NCBI GenBank assembly: GCA_027491915.1
Contig: JAOZGC010000001.1
Span: 32,001 to 96,000 of the forward strand
From: Thermoproteota archaeon
GTDB taxonomy: Archaea; Korarchaeota; Korarchaeia; Korarchaeales; Korarchaeaceae
DNA: 64,000 nt
Reading direction: 5' to 3'
The notes under the pieces were generated by a model. It was not told the origin of the DNA. It saw only the letters and a program-made list of their open reading frames with translations, and searched no databases. Every line of letters starts with the position of its first letter. Position 1 is the first letter of the stretch. This document shows positions 26,582 through 36,236 of this stretch, one piece after another. Both the position numbers and the translations under genes were made by a program.

Positions 26582-27517
26582 ATGAGGGTCGTCGTGGTTC
26601 ACGGCGGGGTGAGGATATCGAGGCCCCGGCCCGGGGGGCGGTCCAGAGACGGGGAGATAGTCGACAAGTTGATGGACGTGGCGGAGAGGGCGCGCCGAGT
26701 CCTACTCGCCGGCTCCGCGCTGGACGCCGTTGAGGAGGCCGTCAGGATCATGGAGGAGGACCCAACCTTCAACGCGGGGTACGGCTCGGCCCTCAACCTA
26801 GTCGGGGAGGTGGAGGTTGACGCCTCCATAATGGACGGATCCACCATGCGGGCCGGCGCCGTCGGCGCGGTGAGGGGGGTCCTCCACCCGGTGACCCTGG
26901 CCAGGGCGGTTATGGAGAGGACCCCCCACGTCCTCCTAGTCGGGGAGGGGGCCAGAGAATTCGCCAGGAAGCTGGGACTGGGTGGAGACGAGGATCTAGT
27001 CCACGAGAGTCGGGTCTCCGCGAGGAGAGAGGCCCTGAGGGGGGCGCTCGGTGGGGGGTCCGCTGGGGGGACGATGCCGGCGCGGGATCTCATCGGGATT
27101 TACGGCGTGGGGGAAACGGTCGGCGCCGTGGCCCTGGACGGTGAGGGGAGGTTGGCGGCGGCCACGTCCACGGGCGGGCTGACCCTGAAGCTCCCGGGCA
27201 GGGTTGGGGATTCGGCCGTCGTGGGCGCCGGGACGTACGCCGACGGGAGGGCGGCCTGCTCCGGGACGGGGGTTGGGGAGGCGGCCATAGTTGAGGCGGG
27301 GGCCTTCAGGGTCGTGGAGGCGGTGGGCCGGGGCCTCCACCCGCGGAGGGCGGCCGAGGAGGTCCTGGACATCATCAGGCGGGAGACCGGGAGGGAGTTC
27401 GGGTTCATAGTGGTGGACCGATCGGGCAGGGTGGGGGTGGCCCAGATGGGCTACGGCCTGTTCTGGGCCTCGGCCACCGACGAGGGCGTCGAGGGGGGGA
27501 TAGAGGGCGGGGGATGA
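26582..27517 (+). CDS. Isoaspartyl peptidase/L-asparaginase (Ntn hydrolase)
   Basis: VHGG, FNAGYGS, TVGAVA, STGG, GRVGDS. Confidence 0.92.
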   Translation: MRVVVVHGGVRISRPRPGGRSRDGEIVDKLMDVAERARRVLLAGSALDAVEEAVRIMEEDPTFNAGYGSALNLVGEVEVDASIMDGSTMRAGAVGAVRGVLHPVTLARAVMERTPHVLLVGEGAREFARKLGLGGDEDLVHESRVSARREALRGALGGGSAGGTMPARDLIGIYGVGETVGAVALDGEGRLAAATSTGGLTLKLPGRVGDSAVVGAGTYADGRAACSGTGVGEAAIVEAGAFRVVEAVGRGLHPRRAAEEVLDIIRRETGREFGFIVVDRSGRVGVAQMGYGLFWASATDEGVEGGIEGGG

Positions 27518-27526
27518 TCTCTCAGT

Positions 27527-27745
27527 TCACCCGAGGGACTCGTGGACCAGTATGGCCGTGACCGGGCAGGAGACCTCGCACGCCCTGCAGATGAAGCAGC
27601 GCTCCTCGGCCCCGTCGGTCACCGCGGCCTTCTTGGACTCGACCTCGAAGTTGCTGACCGGACACACGTCCACGCATATCCCGCAGCCTATGCACCTCTC
27701 CAGGTCCACCTCTATCCTAACCGCGTGGATAAGCTCCCTGCTCAT
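27527..27745 (-). CDS. 2x[4Fe-4S] ferredoxin
   Basis: CIGCGICVDVCP and CFICRACEVSCP; start trimmed to ATG 27745. Confidence 0.92.
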   Translation of the reverse strand: MSRELIHAVRIEVDLERCIGCGICVDVCPVSNFEVESKKAAVTDGAEERCFICRACEVSCPVTAILVHESLG

Positions 27746-27750
27746 GCGGC

Positions 27751-28920
27751 TCAACCTCCCAGGACTTCTCCCACCTTCCGCCCCCTCTCCACCGCCTTCT
27801 CCATCTCGGCTGCCTTCCAGGAGAGGTCCCTGCTTGAGACGGCGCTGAAACCGAGGATCCTTCCGGTTCCCCTCTCGTAGACCAGGAACGCCCTGTCCCC
27901 CCACTCCGTCCCGCTCAGATCCCTCCTGTCGACGTCGAATCCCGCCTTCTCTGCCTCGACGCTCGTGAACCCGACGGACACCAGGAAGTTGCCGCCAATG
28001 AAAACGTCCTTTATGTATCTCGGGGTCCTGAGCGCCGCCTTGCTCCCGGAGATCGCCCTGATCGCGTTGTATGCCATGAGCGTGGCCACCTCCCCCACGG
28101 CGAAGTGTCCCGGCCTCCCGGTCACCGGGTCGTAGCTCACCGCGCAGTCCCCCACCGCGAAGATCCTGGGGTCGGACGTTCTCCCCTGCCGGTCGACCAT
28201 CACCGCCCAGTCTTCCCACAGGTCGATGCCCGCCTCCCTGGCCAGGCGCACCTCCGGCGTCACCCCCATGGCGGACACGACGACGTCGGCGTCGATCAGG
28301 GTCCCATCGTCCATTCTCACCCCTCCTTCGGTTATCTCCCTGACCTTCCCGTGGTCGAAGACCACGCCCTCCCGGGACAGCCTGTCCTCCAGCTCTCTGG
28401 AGAGTTCCGGCTCAAGAGACTTCCTCACCAGCCTAGACCTGACCAAGACGTGGGGCTCGGCCCCCAGGGCCAGGCACGTGTCGGCGGCGTGGAGCGCCAC
28501 CAGGCTGGCCCCGACCATGGCGACCCTGCTGGGGGACTCTTCCCTCAACCTCTCCACGTCCCCCACCCTCCTGTATCCTATAGTCCTCTCGGCCCCGGGG
28601 CACCTCGGCCTGGAGGAGTTGGCCCCGGTCGCCAGTATCAGGTAGTCGTATTCCAAGGATCTCCCGTCTTCTAGGATCACCTCCCTCTTGTCCCGCCTTA
28701 TCCTTGTCACCTCGCCCCCGACGAACTCGGCCCCCCAGGCCTCGACGTGCCTCGTGCTGACCGTGATGTCCCTCCCGGCGGCCACCAGCCTGAGCTTGTG
28801 CCTGACGTAGGGCCTCTCGTCACCCACCACCGTGACCTTCGCGTCCGAGAGACGCCTGACCGCGTCCCAGGCGGACGCCAGCCCTCCCAGTCCGGATCCG
28901 ACGATGACCAGCCTCTGCAA
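27751..28920 (-). CDS. NAD(P)/FAD-dependent oxidoreductase (pyridine nucleotide-disulfide family)
   Basis: GSGLGG, YDYLILATG, TSDPRIFAVGDC. Confidence 0.88.
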   Translation of the reverse strand: MQRLVIVGSGLGGLASAWDAVRRLSDAKVTVVGDERPYVRHKLRLVAAGRDITVSTRHVEAWGAEFVGGEVTRIRRDKREVILEDGRSLEYDYLILATGANSSRPRCPGAERTIGYRRVGDVERLREESPSRVAMVGASLVALHAADTCLALGAEPHVLVRSRLVRKSLEPELSRELEDRLSREGVVFDHGKVREITEGGVRMDDGTLIDADVVVSAMGVTPEVRLAREAGIDLWEDWAVMVDRQGRTSDPRIFAVGDCAVSYDPVTGRPGHFAVGEVATLMAYNAIRAISGSKAALRTPRYIKDVFIGGNFLVSVGFTSVEAEKAGFDVDRRDLSGTEWGDRAFLVYERGTGRILGFSAVSSRDLSWKAAEMEKAVERGRKVGEVLGG

Positions 28921-28959
28921 TGGCTTCCCCTCGCCCCGGCGTCCCTATAATTAATAATT

Positions 28960-29814
28960 TTAACTCAAATCTGACGAGTTCCCCCTCGGTGGGGCGCCGA
29001 ACAGCTTCCCGTACTCCCTCCTCAGGTGCTCCCTGCTGACGTGGGTGTATATCTGGGTGGTGCTCAGGCTGGCGTGGCCCAGGAGCTCCTGTATCGCCCG
29101 GATGTCGGCCCCGGCCTCCAGCAGGTGGGTGGCCATGCTGTGGCGCAGGGTGTGCGGGGTCACCCTCTTCTTTATTCCCGCGGCGGCCGCGGCCCTCCTG
29201 ACGACCCTCTGGACCGTGCGGGGGGAGACGGGGAAGATCCTGCGGTCAGATCCTCCGTCGGCCGCGTACGAACGGAGGAGATCTGAGGTCTCCCGATCCA
29301 CCAGGACGTACCTGTCCTTCCCCCCCTTCCCCCCCCGGACCACCACCACCCCCTCCTCCAGGTCCACGTCGTCCCAGGTCAGGGCGCAAAGCTCGGACAC
29401 CCTGAGCCCGGTGGCGTAGAGGAAGCGGAGCATCAGGCGGTCCCTCTGGGTCGGAGCGGCTTCTATTAGCCTGCGGACCTCGGATCTGCTCAGGACCGAG
29501 GGGAGGCGCCTCCTAACCCTGGGCCTGTCCACCCGAACCGGATCTCCCTCGGCGATCCCCCTGGACCTGAGGAACCTGTAGAACGTCTTCAGGGAGGCTA
29601 TCCTCCTGAGGATCGTCCTGGCGGATAATCCCCCCTCCCTCCTCAGGTACCCCAGGTACCCCTCGACGTCCCCCGGATCGGCCTCCTCCGGGGACTTGTT
29701 GAGCCACCGGAGGAACCTCCTGACGTCGTAGGAGTACTGCCTGATCGTCCCGGCCCTGTAACCCCTAGAGTCGAGCCACTCTGCGAACTGCGCTATGTAC
29801 TCCCCGACGTCCAT
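28960..29814 (-). CDS. xerA: Tyrosine recombinase, XerA-like
   Basis: TGLRVSE, GKGGKDR, HTLRHS, LLGH, TQIY (full R-K-H-R-H-Y set). Confidence 0.88.
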   Translation of the reverse strand: MDVGEYIAQFAEWLDSRGYRAGTIRQYSYDVRRFLRWLNKSPEEADPGDVEGYLGYLRREGGLSARTILRRIASLKTFYRFLRSRGIAEGDPVRVDRPRVRRRLPSVLSRSEVRRLIEAAPTQRDRLMLRFLYATGLRVSELCALTWDDVDLEEGVVVVRGGKGGKDRYVLVDRETSDLLRSYAADGGSDRRIFPVSPRTVQRVVRRAAAAAGIKKRVTPHTLRHSMATHLLEAGADIRAIQELLGHASLSTTQIYTHVSREHLRREYGKLFGAPPRGNSSDLS

Positions 29815-29889
29815 CTGTGGACCGGACGGCCAAAACAGGTTAAAAGGGTTGGGACCCCCCGGTAATAACGTCTCCGTTTCAGGGGGCTG

Positions 29890-32637
29890 TTGAACATGAG
29901 GAGGGCGGTCGCGCTGCTGGCAGCGATATCGGTAATGGCCCCGATCCCGGGAGCCCTCTCAACGCCTCAGGAGGGTCGTCTGTGGTCCGTCAAGCTCGAG
30001 AGGGCGCCCGTCCCGAAGGGATTCACCCTGCCCACCCCGATGCCCCTGGCCCAGGGAGTAGTGGCCGTGTACCCCTCCATCACGTCGGTCTCCCTCCTGG
30101 ACGTGGGTGAGGGGGGCGCCTCCCCCCTCTGGACCGTGGACCTCGGGAGGGTGCCGGTCTCCCAATTCACCTCGTCTGGCGAGTTCGTCTACGTCCTGAC
30201 GTGGGCCAGGAAGCCCTGGTCCACCAGGCTCTACGCCATAAGGGTGAGCGACGGGGCCATGCCATGGCCCGACGGAGTCGAGCTCGACACTGCCCTGAGG
30301 GACGTGCCCATAGTTTACGGGGGAGGGGTGGTCGCGGTTCCGATGGAATCGGGCGAGGTGTGGGGCATAGGGGCCGAGTACGGGAACAAGAAGTGGTCCG
30401 TCAGACTGTCGGGGACGGCAAAGGACATGATGCTGGTCTCGGGGATCCTCGTGGTCATGGACGGGGCGGGGGTCGTGGGGATAGACCCGGGCACCGGCGC
30501 CGTCCTGTGGAAGTTCGACTCCGGGGACGAGCCCGTCGCCATGGGGAGGTACGGGACGGCGGTCTACGTGGTGACCGAGGGATCCACCCTCTACGGGATA
30601 GACCCGACCAGCGGGAACAAGTTGGGCGAGGCCCAGCTCCCCAGGGAGCCCCCCGTCCCCGGGAGGATACCCGTCTGGGCTGACGCCGTGTTGGTGGCCA
30701 CCCAGAGGGCGAAGATATTCGCCGTCGGCGCCCGGTCGTACGACGTTTCCTCCCTCCCCAGGTACTTGGACCTGCTCCCCGCTCGCCAGCCCTCCCTCGT
30801 GAACGGGCTGCTCCTCGCCGCGGGGAAGTTCGGAGAGGTCTACTTCATGGATTGGAACCCCCGGGGGGTCATGCCCACCCTGCTGGAGTCCAGCCTCCCG
30901 GACGCGCCGGCGTCCGACTTCGGCCTGACGCCTGACGGGGAGATAGCCCTGATATACTCGGCCGACGGGTCTCTCACGGCCTTCAGGGTTCCGCTGCTTC
31001 AGGTGTACCCGAGGGGATTTGAGGTTCAGGGTGACGGGATCCAGCTGGATTTCGTCGCCTGCGCCTTCCTCTCGACCTCCTCCCCCGGGGTGATAACGGT
31101 TACCTCCCCGCTGGGGGACGTGCTGGCCCAGGAGGACTTCCTGTCCTTCGCCGACGGCGGTTGCATGGAGGACCTGATATACGTTCCGGGGGCGACGGCC
31201 TACGACCGGATCTACCTGTCCGCCTCCGTGGGGGCCAGGACTTCCCCGGAGGAGGAGGTCCAGTTGGCGGTCGGTCCGCTGCCTCAGCCCCCTGCCGCGG
31301 CCGGGTCGCCGGCGAACCTGGTGATCCCGCCCGGGGCGGTGGTCGGGGAGCCCACGTGGATAGGTGTTAACGTGACCAACGTCTGGGGTGAGGGGGAGAT
31401 CTCGGTCTCGGCCTCCGGCGAGGGGATATCGGTGTTTAACGCCTCTCCCGTCCACCTGGGACCGAACTCGTCCACGCTCATCAGGCTCGAGGCGACGCCG
31501 CTCAGGCAGGGAGAGCTGAAGGTCAACGTCTCGATATTGCTGGACGGCGTCGAGGTCTACTCTATAGGGGGGTCGCTCAGGGCGGCGGCCGGATCCATCA
31601 TAGACCGCCTGAGTCCGGCCTCGGAGGAGGTAACGCTGGGCGACGTGCTCAGCCTCCGGGTCACCCTGACCAACAGGTATCGGGACGGCGCCACCTTCAC
31701 CCTGAGGCTTGGGGACGGGGGCCTGTCCCAGCTCGCCCCCGTGACCGTTGGTCCGCTCCGGGCGGGCGAGTCCGTCAACGCGACCGTTGAGGGGGTGGCC
31801 TCGGCCCAGGGGGTCGTCAAGCCGGTGGTGTCCGTCCTGGCCGACGGGAGCGTGATAGACTCCGCCGAGGCGGGGGAGGTCAGGGTAGTCTCCCTGCCCC
31901 CGCCTCCCCCAGGCAGGGCCCCTCCCCAGGGCCAGCAGCCGTCCGGCGTCCCGTGGATCGGGATACCCTGGGAGACCGCGGCCGCCGCCGCGGCGGTGGT
32001 CATGGTGGGGGCCGCCGTATACCTGCTGGGGAGGCGCGGCGGGGGGGCCAGGCCGGCTCCGAGGACCCCGACCGCCCCTGCCGGGCCGGCTGCCCCGATC
32101 CGGCCCCCGCCGCCGGGCGCGCCCCCGGAGGAGACCGCTGGCGAGGGAGCGGTCGAGGTCGGGGCGTCGGCGCCGGTGTCGGAGGCCGAGGTAGAGCCCC
32201 TGGAGGAGTCCCTCTCGAGAAGGCTGCGGGCCGTGAGATCCGACCTGGAGGCCGCACGGGGAAGGCTTAGCGAGGGGATCCCGGGATTGGAGGGAAGGCT
32301 GAGGGAGGTCGCCAAGGTGGTCTCGGAGGCCGAGGTGGCCCTGGGCCTCGGCGACTTGGAGCACGCGGGGGAGTCGGTCAGGAGGGCCGAGGAGGCCATG
32401 GACTCGCTCAGGGGATTCTTGGATCAGTACGACAACGTGTTCAGGGGGCCAGGGTGGTCCCAGGTGGAGAGGAGGATAACGACCATGCTGAAGGTCTGGG
32501 GGAGGGCGCCGGCAACCATGCTGACCATGGTCCCGCCGGAGATGAGGCTGGCCGCCCTGCAGAGATACCTGGAATCCCACCGCGACGCGAACTTGGAGCT
32601 CAGGGGGGACGAGCTCCGCCTCGTCGAGGGGGGCTGA
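29890..32637 (+). CDS. Single-pass membrane protein: PQQ/BamB-like beta-propeller, Ig-like domains, TM, Pro linker, cytoplasmic coiled coil and small terminal domain
   Basis: Signal peptide; repeats VWGIGAEYGNKKW, VGIDPGTGAVLW, YGIDPTSGNKLG; TM AAAAAAVVMVGAAVYLL followed by GRR. Confidence 0.8.
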   Translation: MNMRRAVALLAAISVMAPIPGALSTPQEGRLWSVKLERAPVPKGFTLPTPMPLAQGVVAVYPSITSVSLLDVGEGGASPLWTVDLGRVPVSQFTSSGEFVYVLTWARKPWSTRLYAIRVSDGAMPWPDGVELDTALRDVPIVYGGGVVAVPMESGEVWGIGAEYGNKKWSVRLSGTAKDMMLVSGILVVMDGAGVVGIDPGTGAVLWKFDSGDEPVAMGRYGTAVYVVTEGSTLYGIDPTSGNKLGEAQLPREPPVPGRIPVWADAVLVATQRAKIFAVGARSYDVSSLPRYLDLLPARQPSLVNGLLLAAGKFGEVYFMDWNPRGVMPTLLESSLPDAPASDFGLTPDGEIALIYSADGSLTAFRVPLLQVYPRGFEVQGDGIQLDFVACAFLSTSSPGVITVTSPLGDVLAQEDFLSFADGGCMEDLIYVPGATAYDRIYLSASVGARTSPEEEVQLAVGPLPQPPAAAGSPANLVIPPGAVVGEPTWIGVNVTNVWGEGEISVSASGEGISVFNASPVHLGPNSSTLIRLEATPLRQGELKVNVSILLDGVEVYSIGGSLRAAAGSIIDRLSPASEEVTLGDVLSLRVTLTNRYRDGATFTLRLGDGGLSQLAPVTVGPLRAGESVNATVEGVASAQGVVKPVVSVLADGSVIDSAEAGEVRVVSLPPPPPGRAPPQGQQPSGVPWIGIPWETAAAAAAVVMVGAAVYLLGRRGGGARPAPRTPTAPAGPAAPIRPPPPGAPPEETAGEGAVEVGASAPVSEAEVEPLEESLSRRLRAVRSDLEAARGRLSEGIPGLEGRLREVAKVVSEAEVALGLGDLEHAGESVRRAEEAMDSLRGFLDQYDNVFRGPGWSQVERRITTMLKVWGRAPATMLTMVPPEMRLAALQRYLESHRDANLELRGDELRLVEGG

Positions 32638-32705
32638 CCCCCCATCAACCCCCCTTATTAACCCCCCTCCACCTCTTTTTAAGGGCCCGGAGCCCGGCCG
32701 ACCGG

Positions 32706-33095
32706 ATGACCTCTGTGAGGCTCGTGGTCCCTGTCGAGGGAGAGACCCTGGGAGAGGGAGAGGCCCTGGAGGCGAGGCCGCTCGGTGGGCGCCCCCCCTG
32801 GGGGTGCCTGGCGGTCATAGACATAGACGAGTCCGGGATCCTGAGGATGCTCACCTTCCTGAGGATGGAGCTCTCCGACCCGTCCAGCGCGGCTGACGTC
32901 CTCCTCGACCTGAGACCGGACGCGCTCGTCGGCGGGAGAGTGCCGCCGGATCTCCTGGTGGCCCTGATCGAGAACGACGTCCAGGTCTTCGGCGGTGACT
33001 TCTCCTCCCTCCGCGAGGTGGTGGAGGCCTACCTGTCCGGGAGGCTGAGGCCCATAATACCGGGCACCGGGGGCGTGTCCCGCCCCCTGAACTGA
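32706..33095 (+). CDS. NifB/NifX-like (IssA/FeMo-co binding fold) small protein, divergent
   Basis: RLVVPV...AADVLL...DALVGG...LIENDVQVF...REVVEAYLSGRL pattern. Confidence 0.55.
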   Translation: MTSVRLVVPVEGETLGEGEALEARPLGGRPPWGCLAVIDIDESGILRMLTFLRMELSDPSSAADVLLDLRPDALVGGRVPPDLLVALIENDVQVFGGDFSSLREVVEAYLSGRLRPIIPGTGGVSRPLN

Positions 33096-33105
33096 GGGAT
33101 CCCAC

Positions 33106-33315
33106 ATGCCCAGGTACGTGGTCCGGCTGCAGGAGAAGAGGTGGGAGAGGGAGGGTAGGGAGTACGTCTCCTTCGTGCTCACCCTCCCCAAGCCCCTGGC
33201 CGAGGTGATGGCGGTGGCCAGGGGGGACCGCTTCGAGGTCAGGCTGGAGCCGGGCGGGGTGTGTTACAGGCTCATCCCGAGGAGGGAGTCCAGGGCGGCG
33301 GTCCTCCCGCTCTAG
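33106..33315 (+). CDS. AbrB/MazE/SpoVT-family DNA-binding protein
   Basis: SFVLTLPKPLAEVMAVARGDRFEV. Confidence 0.75.
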   Translation: MPRYVVRLQEKRWEREGREYVSFVLTLPKPLAEVMAVARGDRFEVRLEPGGVCYRLIPRRESRAAVLPL

Positions 33316-33342
33316 CCGCCCTCCCCCACCCACCCGTCCTCC

Positions 33343-34545
33343 TCACTCCACGTAGAGGAGGAACCCCTTGAGATATTCCGTCCACGGGTGCCTCGGGTCC
33401 ACCGGGTGATCCGGCGAGGCGCCCCTGACCCCGCCCAGGAATCTGATCTCCCTTCCGGCCCTCTCGGCCGCCGATATCACTATCCTCCTCAACCTCTCCG
33501 GGGTGACGAACCTGCTGCAGCTGCTGGTGAACATGATCCCGCCCGACCTCACCAGCCCCATGGCCGCCGAGTTGGCCGCGAGGTAGGTCCTCTCGCCGGA
33601 TTTAACCCTGTCCCTCGACGGGACCAGGGCCGGCGGGTCGAGCACGACCAGGTCGAACCTCTCTCCCCTCCTGGAGGCGGCCTCCACGTAGTCCCTCACC
33701 CTCGACCTGACGGCGCTCACCCTCCCCGCGAGGCCGTTCAGCTCTGAGTTGACGAGGCACCCCTCCACCGCGTACTCGGACTCGTCCACCGCGACGGCCC
33801 TCCTGGCGCCCCCCGCCAGGGCGTGGAGGGCGAACCCCCCGGTGTAAGAGTAGAGATCGAGGACCTCCCCCCCCTCGGGCGAGATCTCCTCCACCTCCAT
33901 CCTGTTGTCCCTCTGATCTATGAAGAAACCCGTCTTCTGTCCCCTCATCACGTCCACCTCGAACTCCAGGGGGCCCTCGTGTATCCTGACCCTGGACCCC
34001 CCCTCACCCCATATCCTGGATCTCCACGTCGGGAGTCCCACCTCCCTCCTGGTCCTGCCGTCGTTCCTGCAGAACACGGCCCTAAGGTCAAACTTCCTGG
34101 CCAGCACGTCGGCCACCTCGGAGAGCCTGGCGTCCATCCCCACGGACGTGGAGGACACAACCCCGACATCGCCGTATACGTCCACTATGAGGCCCGGAAG
34201 ACAGTCCGCCTCGCTGTGCACCAGCCTCATGAAGTCTCCCGTCTTGAGTCTCCTCCTCAAGGCCGCCGCCCTCTCCAGTCTCTCCTCCAAGAGGTCCGGG
34301 CCAGGCCTCTCGTCCCTCTCGGTCGAGAGCACCCTCACGGCCACCGCGCCGATCCCCTCGTAGAATCCCCACGCCAGGAACTCCCCGGACGGGTCCTTAA
34401 CCTTGACCACGTCGCCCGGCTCGACCGCCGAATCCACGCCGGTCATCCACTTCAGGTAGATGTTCAGCTCGCCCCTCCTTATCCTCTCGACTCCCTCGCC
34501 GCGGATCGTGAGGCTCCCGGCGGGATTCCACCCCAATCCATTCAT
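33343..34545 (-). CDS. PUA-domain class I SAM rRNA methyltransferase (RlmI family)
   Basis: GQKTGFFIDQRDNR, LYSYTGGF, FDLVVLDPP, SSCS, YLK. Confidence 0.92.
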   Translation of the reverse strand: MNGLGWNPAGSLTIRGEGVERIRRGELNIYLKWMTGVDSAVEPGDVVKVKDPSGEFLAWGFYEGIGAVAVRVLSTERDERPGPDLLEERLERAAALRRRLKTGDFMRLVHSEADCLPGLIVDVYGDVGVVSSTSVGMDARLSEVADVLARKFDLRAVFCRNDGRTRREVGLPTWRSRIWGEGGSRVRIHEGPLEFEVDVMRGQKTGFFIDQRDNRMEVEEISPEGGEVLDLYSYTGGFALHALAGGARRAVAVDESEYAVEGCLVNSELNGLAGRVSAVRSRVRDYVEAASRRGERFDLVVLDPPALVPSRDRVKSGERTYLAANSAAMGLVRSGGIMFTSSCSRFVTPERLRRIVISAAERAGREIRFLGGVRGASPDHPVDPRHPWTEYLKGFLLYVE

Positions 34546-35699
34546 CCTCCCTTCCCGGGGATAAGAGGTCCCTCGGGCAGGCCGGCGCTGATCACCTCGG
34601 GGCCGGACGCCCTCACCACCACGGTATCCTCTATCCTGATTCCCCCCCACCCCTTCAGGTACACCCCGGGCTCCACCGTCACGGCCATCCTTCTTGCCAG
34701 CCTCCCCCTGGCCCCGACGAGCAGCCTGGGCATCTCGTGCACCTCCAGCCCGACCCCGTGACCCAGCCCGTGTACGTAATAGTCCAACAGGCCGCTCGAC
34801 TTGAGCACCCTCCTGGCCTCCGCGTCCGGCTCGGAGACCGGGACCCCGGGCCTCACGGCCTCCATCGCTGCCGACTTGGCCCTCCTGACCGCCTCGAACC
34901 TCTTCGAGAATTTCTCATCTGGCCCGCCCAGGTGGAACGTTCTGGTCATGTCGCTTGCGTAGCCCTCCACCGAGGCCCCCCAGTCGAGTAGGACCGCCTC
35001 CCCCTCCCCCAGCCTCCTCATCGTCGGGACGTGGTGGGCGTTGAAGGTGTGCTCCCCGAAGGCCACTATGGGGGGGAAGCTAGGTCCCTCCGCGCCGAGC
35101 TCCCTCATCTCGAACAGGAGCCGGTTGGCCACCTCTCGCTCGGTAACTCCGGGTCTGAGGTGCTCGGCGGCGCGGTAGAACGCCTCCACCGCCGTCCTGG
35201 CGCTCTCCCTGAGCAGGGATATCTCAACCTCGCTCTTGACGGACCTCATCTTGCCTATCTCCTTCCCGACGTCGAGGGTCGGCAGGCTCCTCCTGCCGCC
35301 GACAATCCTCTTAAGGGCCTTCCTGACCTCTCCTCTGAATTCGAGACTTCCATCGACCCCTATTCTCTTCAGGGGGACTCCCCCATCTCTGAGCATCTCC
35401 ACGGCCCTCCCCAGCGGGTCCGCCTTCTTGACGTCTCTCCTTTCGAGTCCGTAGTGAGGGATCACGGTCTCCACCCAGAACGGGCTCTCCTCTTCGGCCA
35501 ACCCGTCGCCGAACGCGTACACCGCGACCAAGAAGGGTTCTCCTTCCAGCGGGATGGCGAGGACGGAAGACTCCGCGGTGCCGGCCAGGTACCTCATGTC
35601 CGCCCTGTTCCCCACGAGGCAGGCGTCGATCCCCCTCCTCCCCATGAACCTCCTGAGCCTGGCCACCCTTCCCTCATACTCGCTGACGGGTACGGGCAT
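34542..35699 (-). CDS. Xaa-Pro peptidase (M24)
   Basis: DWGA...SDMTRT, HGLGHGVGLEVHE, EPGVY, GIRIED. Confidence 0.93.
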   Translation of the reverse strand: MPVPVSEYEGRVARLRRFMGRRGIDACLVGNRADMRYLAGTAESSVLAIPLEGEPFLVAVYAFGDGLAEEESPFWVETVIPHYGLERRDVKKADPLGRAVEMLRDGGVPLKRIGVDGSLEFRGEVRKALKRIVGGRRSLPTLDVGKEIGKMRSVKSEVEISLLRESARTAVEAFYRAAEHLRPGVTEREVANRLLFEMRELGAEGPSFPPIVAFGEHTFNAHHVPTMRRLGEGEAVLLDWGASVEGYASDMTRTFHLGGPDEKFSKRFEAVRRAKSAAMEAVRPGVPVSEPDAEARRVLKSSGLLDYYVHGLGHGVGLEVHEMPRLLVGARGRLARRMAVTVEPGVYLKGWGGIRIEDTVVVRASGPEVISAGLPEGPLIPGKGG

Positions 35700-35784
35700 C
35701 CGCAGGTCGGCGCCCCCCAGGATATTACGCTTTCCCGTCCCCCCGGGGGCATTAGCTTATTATCTGTCCGAGGCAGCCCGTGGG

Positions 35785-36234
35785 ATGGCTAATAGAGAAG
35801 GAGTGAGGATGCTGATAAACCAGATCGTGGCCATATCCGTGGTGGCCACGCTCTTGTGGGCCCTCTCCCGCCTGCTGGTGATAGGGGTGCCCGTAATAGA
35901 GTCCCCCATCTTCGTCACCGTCGGAGATCTCTTGGTACTGATCGTGGCGCTCGTTCTGGCCTACCTGGTGGTCGGGCTGGGGACCCCCGTGGGCGTCATC
36001 TTCGCCGGCTCTATGGGAGGCAGGACTGCGGCCGTGGCCTCGTCGGCTGCCTCCAAGGCCCTCTGGCTGGTCGCCCTGGGCATAATCTACTTCTCCCTGG
36101 GGAAGCTGGGTAGGTCAGCCCTGGCCATTCCCTTCGGAGCGGACCAGGCGCCGACGGTCTACGACGCCGCGTTCCTCTTCCTAGGGCTGGTGACAGTCTA
36201 CCTCCTGGCCAAGACCCTCTCCGACCTCCTCTGA
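35785..36234 (+). CDS. Hypothetical 4-TM membrane protein
   Basis: Four hydrophobic helices; TTATTAT box upstream. Confidence 0.7.
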   Translation: MANREGVRMLINQIVAISVVATLLWALSRLLVIGVPVIESPIFVTVGDLLVLIVALVLAYLVVGLGTPVGVIFAGSMGGRTAAVASSAASKALWLVALGIIYFSLGKLGRSALAIPFGADQAPTVYDAAFLFLGLVTVYLLAKTLSDLL

Positions 36235-36236
36235 GG

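Noticed and set aside
28960-29814. Tyrosine recombinase as the integrase of a mobile element
   Set aside because: It is XerA-sized, flanked by host-like genes, with no att repeat of the tRNA 3' end, no composition shift and no viral or plasmid genes.
33106-33315. AbrB-like gene as part of a toxin-antitoxin pair
   Set aside because: There is no adjacent PIN, MazF or RelE-type toxin ORF.
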